Both the position numbers and the translations under genes were made by a program. A stretch of DNA of 64,000 nucleotides from Candidatus Omnitrophota bacterium (GTDB lineage Bacteria; Omnitrophota; Gorgyraeia; JACQQV01), in assembly GCA_016206785.1 (NCBI GenBank), contig JACQQV010000048.1, positions 1,889 through 65,888 on the forward strand. The letters run 5' to 3'. Shown here piece by piece: positions 56,182 through 64,000 of the stretch (positions are counted from its first letter, which is position 1; each line of letters opens with the position of its first letter). Below the pieces are notes generated by a model. The model worked only from the letters and a program-made list of their open reading frames with translations. It searched no databases and had not been told where the DNA came from.

Positions 56182-57054
56182 ATGCCATCGAACTCGGCTT
56201 CAAGATGGTTTCAAAAGATGGATCTTGAAACGTTAAAAAAAGTCATGAAAGAACGTTCCTTTTGGCCCAAGAAACGGTTGGGCCAAAATTTTTTGGTGGA
56301 TGAATCTATTGCGCAACGGATGAGCCGCTCTTTCGGAGAGGGAAAGGGTCCCTTCATGGAAATCGGAGGTGGGTTCGGTTCACTCACCGAGGCATTGGTC
56401 ACTCCTCATAGGGGTCTCTATGTTCTGGAACCCGATCCCCGTCTTTATCAGTATCTTTTGGAGCGTTTTTGGGGAAAGGAGGGAATCGTCATTGAGAAAA
56501 AAGATTTTCTAAAGGTCAATTTTTTTGAATATTGCCGCGACCCGAATGAAAAATTCCGAATCATCGGGAATCTCCCTTATGCCATCACAAGCCCCATTCT
56601 CCTTCATCTTGTGGACCAAAGGGATTTTATTCAGGAAGCCCTTGTCACGGTTCAAAAGGAGGTGGCGCAGCGGCTCACCGCAAAACCGAAAACCAAGGCA
56701 TACGGCTCTCTCTCTTGTTTCATCCAATGCTTTACCTCCTGCGAAACACTCTTCCAGATTTCAAGAAACGCCTTTTATCCGAGACCCAAGGTCGACTCGA
56801 CGGTGGTTCTGCTTCGCTTTCTTGAGAGAGCGAGCGTATCACCCAAAAATCTGGAGTGGATGATTCGGGTCATCCGGACCGGCTTTGGAAAACGCCGAAA
56901 GATCCTCGCGAATGCCCTGACCGATTTGGGAAAGGAATACACCAAGGAACGGCTGTTCGCTGCCTTAAGCGCACTCGGCTTTTCAAAAAATGCCCGGGCG
57001 GAGGAACTGAATTTGGAGGAGTTTGCACACCTTTCAGATAAGCTCATTGGTTGA
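56182..57054 (+). CDS. rsmA: 16S rRNA (adenine1518/1519-N6)-dimethyltransferase RsmA/KsgA
   Basis: The motif 'RLGQNFLVDESI' was seen. The start is uncertain (56182, 56218 or 56245). Confidence 0.85.
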   Translation: MPSNSASRWFQKMDLETLKKVMKERSFWPKKRLGQNFLVDESIAQRMSRSFGEGKGPFMEIGGGFGSLTEALVTPHRGLYVLEPDPRLYQYLLERFWGKEGIVIEKKDFLKVNFFEYCRDPNEKFRIIGNLPYAITSPILLHLVDQRDFIQEALVTVQKEVAQRLTAKPKTKAYGSLSCFIQCFTSCETLFQISRNAFYPRPKVDSTVVLLRFLERASVSPKNLEWMIRVIRTGFGKRRKILANALTDLGKEYTKERLFAALSALGFSKNARAEELNLEEFAHLSDKLIG

Positions 57055-57095
57055 CTTGCTTACATTATTATGCTATTTTAAATGAGAAATAAACG

Positions 57096-57386
57096 ATGAT
57101 AGATCTCAAAACGGTTCAGTATGTTGCAGATCTTGCCCGGGTCCGCTTAAGCGAAAAAGAGGCCAAGACATTCACTGAGCAACTCGCCAAAATCCTTACC
57201 TATTTTGAGTCTCTAAAAGAAATCAACACCGATACGATTGAACCGACCAGCCACGTCCTTCCCCTCAAGAATGTGTTCCGACAGGACCTCCTCAAAAAAT
57301 CCCTTCCACAAGACGAAGTCTTAGCGATCGCCCCAAAGAAAAAAGGTTCATTCGTGAAGGTGTTGCGCGTCATCGAAACCGGTTAG
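57096..57386 (+). CDS. gatC: Asp/Glu-tRNA amidotransferase subunit C
   Basis: The sequence 'VADLARVRLSEKEAKTFTEQL' was seen. Confidence 0.85.
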   Translation: MIDLKTVQYVADLARVRLSEKEAKTFTEQLAKILTYFESLKEINTDTIEPTSHVLPLKNVFRQDLLKKSLPQDEVLAIAPKKKGSFVKVLRVIETG

Positions 57387-57389
57387 CCT

Positions 57390-58820
57390 GTGGAACCTTT
57401 CAGACAGACCGCCCACGCACTCATCAAACTCCTCGAAGAGAAAAAGACCTCTACCAAAGAAATCCATGATGCCCTTCGGGAGAGGGTCGCAAAAGTCGAT
57501 CCCTCGATCCATGCGTTTATTTCCCTGGATGGCGATAGTGAAACACCCTCGTCTATTTCAGAAGGTCTTCTTCATGGGATCCCGATCGCTGTGAAGGACA
57601 ATATCTGTGTGAAGGGAAGACTGACAACCTGCTGTTCAAAGATCCTCGCAGGATTTAGACCCCCTTACCATGCCACTGTGATTGAGCGTTTGATCGGAGC
57701 CGGTTCTTTTCCGTTGGGCCGGACCAACATGGATGAGTTTGCCTTCGGCTCAAGCACAGAGACCTCCTGTTACGGCATCACACGGAATCCTTGGGATAAA
57801 GAGCGGATCCCCGGCGGATCAAGCGGCGGCTCGGCGGCCGCAGTGGCTGCGGATCTGGCGATCTGGGCGCTTGGATCCGATACCGGCGGTTCGATTCGAC
57901 AGCCCGCGAGTCTATGCGGTGTGGTGGGACTTAAACCGACCTATGGACGGGTTTCTCGGTATGGTCTCATCGCTTTCGCCTCAAGCCTTGATCAGATAGG
58001 ACCGGTCACAAAAGATGTGGAAGATTGTGCTCTTCTTTTGAATGTGATCGCGGGTCATGATGAGAGGGATTCCACCTCTGCCGAGCGACCGCTGCCCGAT
58101 TTTCGTCTTTCTCTCAAAAACGATATCCGGGGTCTTCGGATAGGCGTTCCAAAGGAATATTTTGCAGAGGGCCTCGACGGAGAAGTGGAGACATCGGTCC
58201 GCCAAGCCATAGATACGCTCAAACGTCTGGGGGGAGAAATCAAAGAAATTTCGCTCCCCCATTCGCGCCATGTTGTCGCGGTCTACTATCTTGTTGCAAC
58301 GGCGGAGGCGAGCTCGAATCTGGCCCGGTTCGATGGGGTACAGTACGGATTCCGGGATGAGGCGGGAGACCTCCTTTCCACCTATGCACAGACGCGCGCA
58401 AAGGGGTTTGGAACGGAGGCAAAACGGAGAATCATGCTCGGGACCTATGCCCTTTCAAGCGGGTATTATGACGCCTATTACCTGAAGGCTCAAAAGGTGA
58501 GGACGCTCATCAAAAAAGATTTTGATGAGGCCTTTACCCATTGTGATTGCCTCATCGGTCCTGTGTCGCCAACGGCCGCCTTCCGGATCGGGGAGAAGAT
58601 CAACGATCCTCTGGCGATGTATCTTTCGGATATTTACACGATTCCCGTGAACCTTGCCGGTATCCCCGCCATGTCGATTCCTTGCGGATTTACAAAGGAC
58701 GCTCTGCCGATCGGACTCCATCTTTTGGCAAGGCCTTTTGCCGAGGAGACCCTTTTCAGAGTCGCCTATACCTTCGAGCAGAATACGGAGTTTCATGAAC
58801 GAAAGCCTGATGTGAAATGA
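57390..58820 (+). CDS. gatA: Asp/Glu-tRNA amidotransferase subunit A (amidase)
   Basis: The amidase signature '[13 protein letters not shown]' was seen. The start is GTG. Confidence 0.9.
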   Translation: MEPFRQTAHALIKLLEEKKTSTKEIHDALRERVAKVDPSIHAFISLDGDSETPSSISEGLLHGIPIAVKDNICVKGRLTTCCSKILAGFRPPYHATVIERLIGAGSFPLGRTNMDEFAFGSSTETSCYGITRNPWDKERIPGGSSGGSAAAVAADLAIWALGSDTGGSIRQPASLCGVVGLKPTYGRVSRYGLIAFASSLDQIGPVTKDVEDCALLLNVIAGHDERDSTSAERPLPDFRLSLKNDIRGLRIGVPKEYFAEGLDGEVETSVRQAIDTLKRLGGEIKEISLPHSRHVVAVYYLVATAEASSNLARFDGVQYGFRDEAGDLLSTYAQTRAKGFGTEAKRRIMLGTYALSSGYYDAYYLKAQKVRTLIKKDFDEAFTHCDCLIGPVSPTAAFRIGEKINDPLAMYLSDIYTIPVNLAGIPAMSIPCGFTKDALPIGLHLLARPFAEETLFRVAYTFEQNTEFHERKPDVK

Positions 58821-60256
58821 ATCCCTACGAGGCGGTTGTTGGGATTGAAATGCATCTTGAACTTTCGACGCAGACGAAAATCTTCTGCGGTTGTTCAACC
58901 CGGTTCGGGGCGGAACCGAATAGCCAGACCTGTCCGGTCTGTTTGGGACTTCCCGGGACCCTACCGGTTTTGAATCGAAAGGCGCTCGAATACGGAATCA
59001 AAGTCGCTTTGGCGCTTCACGGATCCATTACCCCCCGCATTAAATTTGACCGGAAAAACTATTTTTATCCAGACCTTCCCAAAAATTATCAGATCTCTCA
59101 ATATGACCTTCCCCTCTGTACGGGAGGGTTCGTCACGATAGAGACAGAGGAGGGAAAGCGGAAGATCAACATTCGTCGCGTTCACCTGGAGGAGGATACA
59201 GGAAAACTGGTCCACCTCGAGGAGGAAGCGGCAAGCCTCCTCGACTTTAACCGCTCAGGAATTCCTCTCCTTGAAATCGTGAGCGAGCCGGACTTAAGAA
59301 GCCCTGAAGAGGCCCACGCCTATGTCACGGCGCTCAAGGCGATCCTCGAATATCTCGAGGTCTCAAACTGCAATATGGAGGAGGGGAGTCTCCGCTGCGA
59401 TACCAACGTTTCTGTCCGGCAGTCGGGATCCCAAGAGCTTGGTGTGAAAGTGGAAATCAAAAATTTAAATTCTTTCCGGGCCGTCAAATTAAGCCTCCAG
59501 TATGAAATCACACGGCAGATCGACGCTTTAGAAAAAGGAGAGAAGGTTTTTCAAGAAACGAGGCTCTGGGATGCAGCCAAGAACGTCACCCTTCCGATGC
59601 GGTCTAAGGAATATGCCCACGACTACCGTTATTTTCCGGAACCGGATCTGGTCCCCTTTATCCTCTCGGAAAAGGAGATCCAGGAAGTGCGGAAGAGTCT
59701 TCCGGAACTTCCGGAGGAACGCATCGAGCGCTTCAAGAGGGACTACAGCCTTTCCTCCTATGATGCGGGGGTGCTCACGAGCGAGAAGGCTCTTTCTGCC
59801 TATTACGAGGCTTCTGTTCGGCTGCTGAATAAACCGAAACTCATCGCAAACTGGATCATGGGACCTGTCTTGGAGCAGGTGAAGGATCCTCGAGACATCG
59901 ATCGATTTTCCGTTTCACCGGAACGTCTTGTTGAGCTCCTTGAGGCTCTTGAGCGGGGTGAAATTACACAACTCGCCGCAAAAAAAGTTCTTGACGTTAT
60001 GGTCAAGACAAGGGAATCCCCCCAGGTGATCATTCAGAGAGAACATCTTGCCCAAATCCAGGACGTTGGGGCACTCGACCGATTGATCCGGGAGGCGATC
60101 GAGGAGAATCCCAAGACCGTTTCGGACTACCATCGAGGCAAGGAAAGTGCTATGATGTATCTGATCGGACAGGTGATGAAAAAGACAAAGGGGAGTGCAA
60201 ATCCCGAAAAGGTGAACCAGCGCTTGAAAGAGAAACTTGAGGAGACAAAGAAATGA
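58817..60256 (+). CDS. gatB: Asp/Glu-tRNA amidotransferase subunit B
   Basis: The N-terminus '[21 protein letters not shown]' and a C-terminal GatB/YqeY domain were seen. Confidence 0.9.
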   Translation: MNPYEAVVGIEMHLELSTQTKIFCGCSTRFGAEPNSQTCPVCLGLPGTLPVLNRKALEYGIKVALALHGSITPRIKFDRKNYFYPDLPKNYQISQYDLPLCTGGFVTIETEEGKRKINIRRVHLEEDTGKLVHLEEEAASLLDFNRSGIPLLEIVSEPDLRSPEEAHAYVTALKAILEYLEVSNCNMEEGSLRCDTNVSVRQSGSQELGVKVEIKNLNSFRAVKLSLQYEITRQIDALEKGEKVFQETRLWDAAKNVTLPMRSKEYAHDYRYFPEPDLVPFILSEKEIQEVRKSLPELPEERIERFKRDYSLSSYDAGVLTSEKALSAYYEASVRLLNKPKLIANWIMGPVLEQVKDPRDIDRFSVSPERLVELLEALERGEITQLAAKKVLDVMVKTRESPQVIIQREHLAQIQDVGALDRLIREAIEENPKTVSDYHRGKESAMMYLIGQVMKKTKGSANPEKVNQRLKEKLEETKK

Positions 60257-61569
60257 AATTTCGTATCTTCGGAACCCTTCTTTTAATTTCCCTCTTTGTG
60301 GCGCAGTCGGTCTCGTTAAGCCCTGCGGCAAATCCGGCGAAGGCGAAGAGCGTTAAGGCGAGCGATTTTTATAAAGATATCGAATTATTCACAGACGCCC
60401 TCTCGATTATCCAGCTCGACTACGTGGAAGAGAAGAACTCGAAGGATCTCATCTACGGAGCCCTCAAAGGGATGCTTCAGAGTCTCGATCCTCATAGCCA
60501 GTTCATGGACCCCGACACCTACAACGAGATGAAGATTGAGACAGAGGGAGAGTTCGGAGGGCTCGGGATCGAAATTACCATTCAGGAGAGCCTTCTCACG
60601 ATTATCACCCCCATTGATGACACCCCCGCCGACCGGGCGGGCCTTAAAGCGGGGGATCGCATCGTTAAAATCGGTGGGGAGCTCACCCGGGATATTACCC
60701 TTCTGGAAGCGGTCAAGAAACTGCGCGGAAAACCGGGAACGGAAGTCACCCTCACGATCCTCCGCGAGAATGAAGAAAGACTTCTGGAGATCATCGTGGT
60801 CCGCGATGTGATAAAGATCAAAAGCATCAAAGAAGCGCGGATGGTGGAGAAAGGGATCGGCTATGTGCGTCTCTCCGAATTCCAGGAGAATACCCCCAAG
60901 GACCTTGAGCAGGCGCTTGTTTCACTCGAAAAAGAGGGAATGCAGGGGCTTATTCTAGACCTCCGGAATAATCCCGGCGGTCTTCTCAATACCGCTGTGG
61001 CGGTGGCGGACGGTTTTGTTCCGAAGGGGGAACTGATCGTCTATACGAAGGGAAGAAAGAAGGATCAAGATATCGAGTTCAGGGGCCGTGGGAAATATTC
61101 TCATGCGGGATACCCCCTTGTCGTCTTGATTAATGGGGGGTCTGCAAGCGGATCAGAAATTTTGGCAGGGGCGATTCAAGACCACAAACGAGGAATCCTC
61201 TTGGGGACAAAGTCATTCGGAAAGGGTTCTGTCCAGACCGTCATCCCTCTCAAGGACGGCTCGGCACTCCGTCTGACGACGAGTAAATATTTTACGCCGA
61301 AAGGGCGTCTTATCCATGGCGAGGGGATCGTTCCGGATGTCGCGGTGGAGTTTGAGGAGAAGAAGCCCAGCCCAGAGCCGAAGAAAGAGAAAAATCTGGA
61401 TGTTTTTGAAAAGATCGAAAAGGAAGAAAAAAAGGATAAAGAAAAAGAGACGGCCGAGAAAGATAAAAAGGATGAAAAGAAGAAGGAAGAAAAACCGCTC
61501 GACAATCAGCTCCTCCGCGCCATCGACCTCCTCAAAGGGATTAACGTCTATCGGACGATGGGGGGCTGA
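60253..61569 (+). CDS. ctpA: Carboxy-terminal processing protease (S41, PDZ) with Lys/Glu-rich low-complexity tail
   Basis: The PDZ domain has 'GIEITIQESLLTIITPIDDTPADRAGLKAGDRI'. The S41 domain has 'VVLINGGSASGSEI'. Confidence 0.85.
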   Translation: MKFRIFGTLLLISLFVAQSVSLSPAANPAKAKSVKASDFYKDIELFTDALSIIQLDYVEEKNSKDLIYGALKGMLQSLDPHSQFMDPDTYNEMKIETEGEFGGLGIEITIQESLLTIITPIDDTPADRAGLKAGDRIVKIGGELTRDITLLEAVKKLRGKPGTEVTLTILRENEERLLEIIVVRDVIKIKSIKEARMVEKGIGYVRLSEFQENTPKDLEQALVSLEKEGMQGLILDLRNNPGGLLNTAVAVADGFVPKGELIVYTKGRKKDQDIEFRGRGKYSHAGYPLVVLINGGSASGSEILAGAIQDHKRGILLGTKSFGKGSVQTVIPLKDGSALRLTTSKYFTPKGRLIHGEGIVPDVAVEFEEKKPSPEPKKEKNLDVFEKIEKEEKKDKEKETAEKDKKDEKKKEEKPLDNQLLRAIDLLKGINVYRTMGG

Positions 61570-61580
61570 AGAAGATCGCG

Positions 61581-62621
61581 ATGCTCACCCTTGGGATTGA
61601 AACCTCCTGTGACGAAACCGCCTGTGCCGTGGTTAAAAACGGGAAGGAAATTCTCTCCAATATCGTTGCCACAAGCCTTGAAGACCATAAGCCCTATGGA
61701 GGGGTCGTTCCGGAAATCGCCTGTCGCTCACATGTCGAATCGATCGCCCCGGTTCTTAAGAAATCGCTCCGAGAAGCGGAGGTCTCCTTGGATGAGATTC
61801 AACTCATCGCCTCTACCTACGGCCCCGGCCTTCCGGGGTCTCTGTTGGTTGGACTTTCTACTGCAAAAGCGATCAGTTTTGCCAAGGACATCCCTCTCAT
61901 CGGCGTCGACCATATCCAGGCCCATCTCTACGCGTCTCTGATGACGGATCGTCCCCCCTCTTTTCCTCTCGTCGGTCTTGTGATTTCAGGGGGGCACACG
62001 AGTCTTCTTTGGATGAGAGATGTCCATCGCTTCAAACGGATCGCCGAGACGCAGGATGATGCCTGCGGTGAGGCATTCGACAAAGTGGCGAAGATGCTGA
62101 AACTCGGTTACCCCGGTGGGCCTCTGATTGAAAAGCGCTCGCGCGAAGGAAATCCCAAGACGATTCCCTTACCTCTCCCAAAGCTGAATGAGACCTCGCT
62201 CGATTTTAGTTTTAGCGGGATCAAGACCGCGGTATTATATAAGGTGAGGGAACTTGAGAAGGTACAAGGTACAAGGTACAAAGTACAAGGGGGAAATCAT
62301 TCGCTTCCTCCCTCAATCGTTAACGACATCTGCGCCAGTTTCCAACATGTCGTGATTGAGACACTCCTCCGAAACGCCCTTTTGGCCTGTCGCCGGTATC
62401 ATGCCAAGACCCTCCTGGTAGGGGGAGGGGTGAGTGCCAATCAAAAATTACGAAGCGCATTTCAAACGCGTTTTCGGAATGAAGGACTCCGTGTCCTTTT
62501 CCCACCCAAGGGGCTCTCTCTCGACAATGCGGCCATGGTGGCAGGCTTAGGGTACAGACTTTATCAAAAGGGGATCCGTTCTTCATTGGAACTCTCTTGT
62601 GAACCTTTGGGAGTAAGATAA
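61581..62621 (+). CDS. tsaD: tRNA N6-adenosine threonylcarbamoyltransferase TsaD
   Basis: The motifs 'LGIETSCDETA', 'HVESIAPV' and 'GGGVSAN' were seen. Confidence 0.9.
   Translation: MLTLGIETSCDETACAVVKNGKEILSNIVATSLEDHKPYGGVVPEIACRSHVESIAPVLKKSLREAEVSLDEIQLIASTYGPGLPGSLLVGLSTAKAISFAKDIPLIGVDHIQAHLYASLMTDRPPSFPLVGLVISGGHTSLLWMRDVHRFKRIAETQDDACGEAFDKVAKMLKLGYPGGPLIEKRSREGNPKTIPLPLPKLNETSLDFSFSGIKTAVLYKVRELEKVQGTRYKVQGGNHSLPPSIVNDICASFQHVVIETLLRNALLACRRYHAKTLLVGGGVSANQKLRSAFQTRFRNEGLRVLFPPKGLSLDNAAMVAGLGYRLYQKGIRSSLELSCEPLGVR
62261..62288 (+). repeat. Heptanucleotide tandem repeat (GGTACAA)x3 + AGTACAA inside the tsaD coding sequence
   Basis: Seen directly in the sequence. It encodes 'VQGTRYKVQG' in a variable loop. 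Confidence 0.7.
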
Positions 62622-62623
62622 CG

Positions 62624-63280
62624 ATGTCTTCTCTTGAACTCACCTTGCGGTTACTCCTCGCCCTCCTTTTGGGCGGTGCGGTCGGCCTTGAACGGGAGAA
62701 GCATGGGCGGGCAGCAGGCCTCAGGACCCATATTCTTGTCTGTATGGGGTCGGCGCTGATGATGTGTCTTTCTCTTTTTCTGTACGAAAAGTATGAGTCG
62801 GATCCGTCTCGGATCGCCTCCCAAGTCATTAGCGGCATCGGCTTTCTGGGGGCGGGGACGATTCTTCGATTTCGGGCTTCTGTCAAGGGGCTTACCACGG
62901 CGGCAAGCCTTTGGGCTGTTTCGGGGATCGGTCTTGCAGCCGGAGCGGGATTTTACTTCGGCTCGCTCGTCACCACAGCGCTTGTTTTGGGATCTCTCTT
63001 TTGGGTGGCCAAGATGGCCGAGAAACTTTTAACGCACAGGGATTGGTATCGATCTCTCGAGATTGAGATGGAAGGGGCTTTCGAAGGACTCCAGAAGATT
63101 CGAGACATTTTAACCAACTACAGCACCGAGATCAAAGATTTTGATATCACCAAACTCGAGACAGGAAATGTCCGCATCGTTCTGGATCTGCGACTTCTTT
63201 CCCCACGGGAAGAGGATCCGGTCCTCAAGGAGATCGCTGGACTCAAGGGAGTGGAGAGGGTGGTCTGGAGAGAGGCATAG
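62624..63280 (+). CDS. mgtC: MgtC/SapB-family membrane protein with C-terminal ACT-like domain
   Basis: The sequence 'LLLALLLGGAVGLEREKHGRAAGLRTHILV' was seen. Confidence 0.8.
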   Translation: MSSLELTLRLLLALLLGGAVGLEREKHGRAAGLRTHILVCMGSALMMCLSLFLYEKYESDPSRIASQVISGIGFLGAGTILRFRASVKGLTTAASLWAVSGIGLAAGAGFYFGSLVTTALVLGSLFWVAKMAEKLLTHRDWYRSLEIEMEGAFEGLQKIRDILTNYSTEIKDFDITKLETGNVRIVLDLRLLSPREEDPVLKEIAGLKGVERVVWREA

Positions 63281-63290
63281 GAGGTGCAAG

Positions 63291-63839
63291 ATGGCGATCA
63301 TGCGAAGGGAAAAAGAAAAGGAGGTTGGGGAGAAGATCCTGGATGTCGATGCGAGCATGCAGGGAACTCTCTCTTTTCGGGATCCTGTAAACCTCAAGAT
63401 CAACGGGAAATTTGAAGGGACACTGGACACACGAGGATCGTTGACCATCGGTGAGAATGCAACGGTTCATGCGACCATTAAGGGAGAAAGTATCCTCATT
63501 GCAGGAAAGGTGACCGGGAATATCAACGCGCAGAAAATAATTCGGATCGTTCCGCCGGGAGAGGTGATCGGTGATATCCGCACCCCCCTTCTGGAGGTAA
63601 AAGAAGGGGCGATCCTGCAGGGAAATTGCAATATGGGGGGCGAGTCCAAATCGGGTCTTACCCCTTCCCGTCGTGAAGTCTTGACCGCAGAGGAACTCGC
63701 GCGTTATCTGGAGGTCGAAACCTCCTCGGTTTTGGAATGGGCGGAACGGGGAAAAATTCCCGCGATCCGCGAGGGGAACCTCTGGAAGTTTGACCGCACC
63801 AAAATCGACGAATGGGTTTCGAACGAGAAAATCAAGTAA
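63291..63839 (+). CDS. Bactofilin (DUF583 beta-helix) fused to a C-terminal excisionase/MerR-type HTH DNA-binding domain
   Basis: The bactofilin repeats are 'LTIGENATVHATIKGESILIAGKVTGNINAQKIIRI'. The HTH_17 domain is 'LTAEELARYLEVETSSVLEWAERGKIPAI'. The RBS is AGGAGGTG. Confidence 0.65.
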   Translation: MAIMRREKEKEVGEKILDVDASMQGTLSFRDPVNLKINGKFEGTLDTRGSLTIGENATVHATIKGESILIAGKVTGNINAQKIIRIVPPGEVIGDIRTPLLEVKEGAILQGNCNMGGESKSGLTPSRREVLTAEELARYLEVETSSVLEWAERGKIPAIREGNLWKFDRTKIDEWVSNEKIK

Positions 63840-63849
63840 ACCAATTAAA

Positions 63850-63945
63850 AACGTAAAACGAAAAAGGCAAAATTGAAATTTAAAATTCAAAAGTTTTAAA
63901 TTTTGAATTGTAGTTTTGAATTTTGCATTTTGAGTTTTTACTTCG
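63850..63945 (+). repeat. AT-rich palindromic element, copy 2
   Basis: It shares the 'AAAATTGAAATT', 'GTTTTAAATT', 'GTTTTGAATTTT' and 'TTTTGAATTGTA' blocks with 41905-41990. Confidence 0.55.
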
Positions 63946-64000
63946 ATGGCTGAAAAACTGCTCAACGTAGAAGAGGCGGCCTCGTTTTTAAGACTTTCTG
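63946..64000 (+). CDS. 5' end of an excisionase-family HTH DNA-binding protein gene (truncated by the window end)
   Basis: The translation is 'MAEKLLNVEEAASFLRLS'. Confidence 0.4.
   Translation, partial: MAEKLLNVEEAASFLRLS

Noticed and set aside
61316-61600. Lys/Arg-rich ORF 'MARGSFRMSRWSLRRRSPAQSRRKRKIW...' in an alternate frame of ctpA
   Set aside because: It is an out-of-frame artefact of the GA-rich low-complexity tail of ctpA (EEKKDKEKE...) and not an independent gene.
108-63965. Numerous minus-strand ORFs of 60-255 aa in the six-frame track (e.g. 25272-25964, 63243-63965, 14572-15339, 40698-41312, 48730-49350)
   Set aside because: Each lies antisense to a plus-strand gene with clear family-level motifs. 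None shows a recognisable domain or a plausible RBS, and open antisense frames are expected at this GC content.
1-64000. CRISPR arrays or cas genes
   Set aside because: No regularly spaced direct repeats of 25-40 bp. The repeat families found occur only twice each and are palindromic spacer elements.

Overview
Every convincing gene in this ~64 kb window (about 50% GC) is on the + strand. Genes are tightly packed and many junctions overlap as ATGA/GTGA, which suggests long operons. All calls below rest on motif-level reading of the supplied six-frame translations; no database search was possible.

The window falls into three blocks.

(1) 1-16.8 kb is a glycan biosynthesis and modification island. 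It holds a GDP-fucose-synthase-like reductase fragment, GT2, GT4, GT9 and GT-C glycosyltransferases, a DegT-family sugar aminotransferase, a NodB-type deacetylase, WbqC, an FkbM methyltransferase and three zinc-ribbon SAM methyltransferases. Two fusion genes stand out: a GT2 fused to a methyltransferase, and a formyltransferase fused to a GT4. Together these enzymes resemble either an Arn-like pathway or an N-formyl-perosamine-like pathway for a formylated, methylated amino-deoxy sugar.

(2) 16.8-39.9 kb is an MSHA-like type IV pilus locus. It contains an ExeA/MshM-like ATPase, pilT, two tandem PilB/MshE-type ATPases, pilC, a membrane GT-C/TPR protein, two major-pilin paralogs, minor pilins and two large PilX-N proteins, followed by pilMNOPQ. 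The locus is unusually rich in c-di-GMP receptor-type components. There are three MshEN domains, one of them stand-alone. There is also a HAMP-GAF protein with a degenerate GGDEF domain and an HD-GYP-like protein with a degenerate GYP motif. The first pilin gene has a perfect sigma70 consensus promoter and its own terminator.

(3) 39.9-64 kb is housekeeping: rng, rplU, rpmA, obg, proB, proA, nadD, two CNNM/CorC-like genes, rsfS, argS, a compact mfd, a SurA-like PPIase, pdxA, ksgA, gatCAB, ctpA, tsaD, mgtC and a bactofilin-HTH fusion. About 1.7 kb of selfish or degenerate DNA sits between pdxA and ksgA, which are normally adjacent. It contains a DUF5678-like small ORF, a truncated retropepsin-like protease, a UVR-motif fragment and an AbrB/RelE toxin-antitoxin pair.

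Three families of short palindromic repeats each occur twice in the window.
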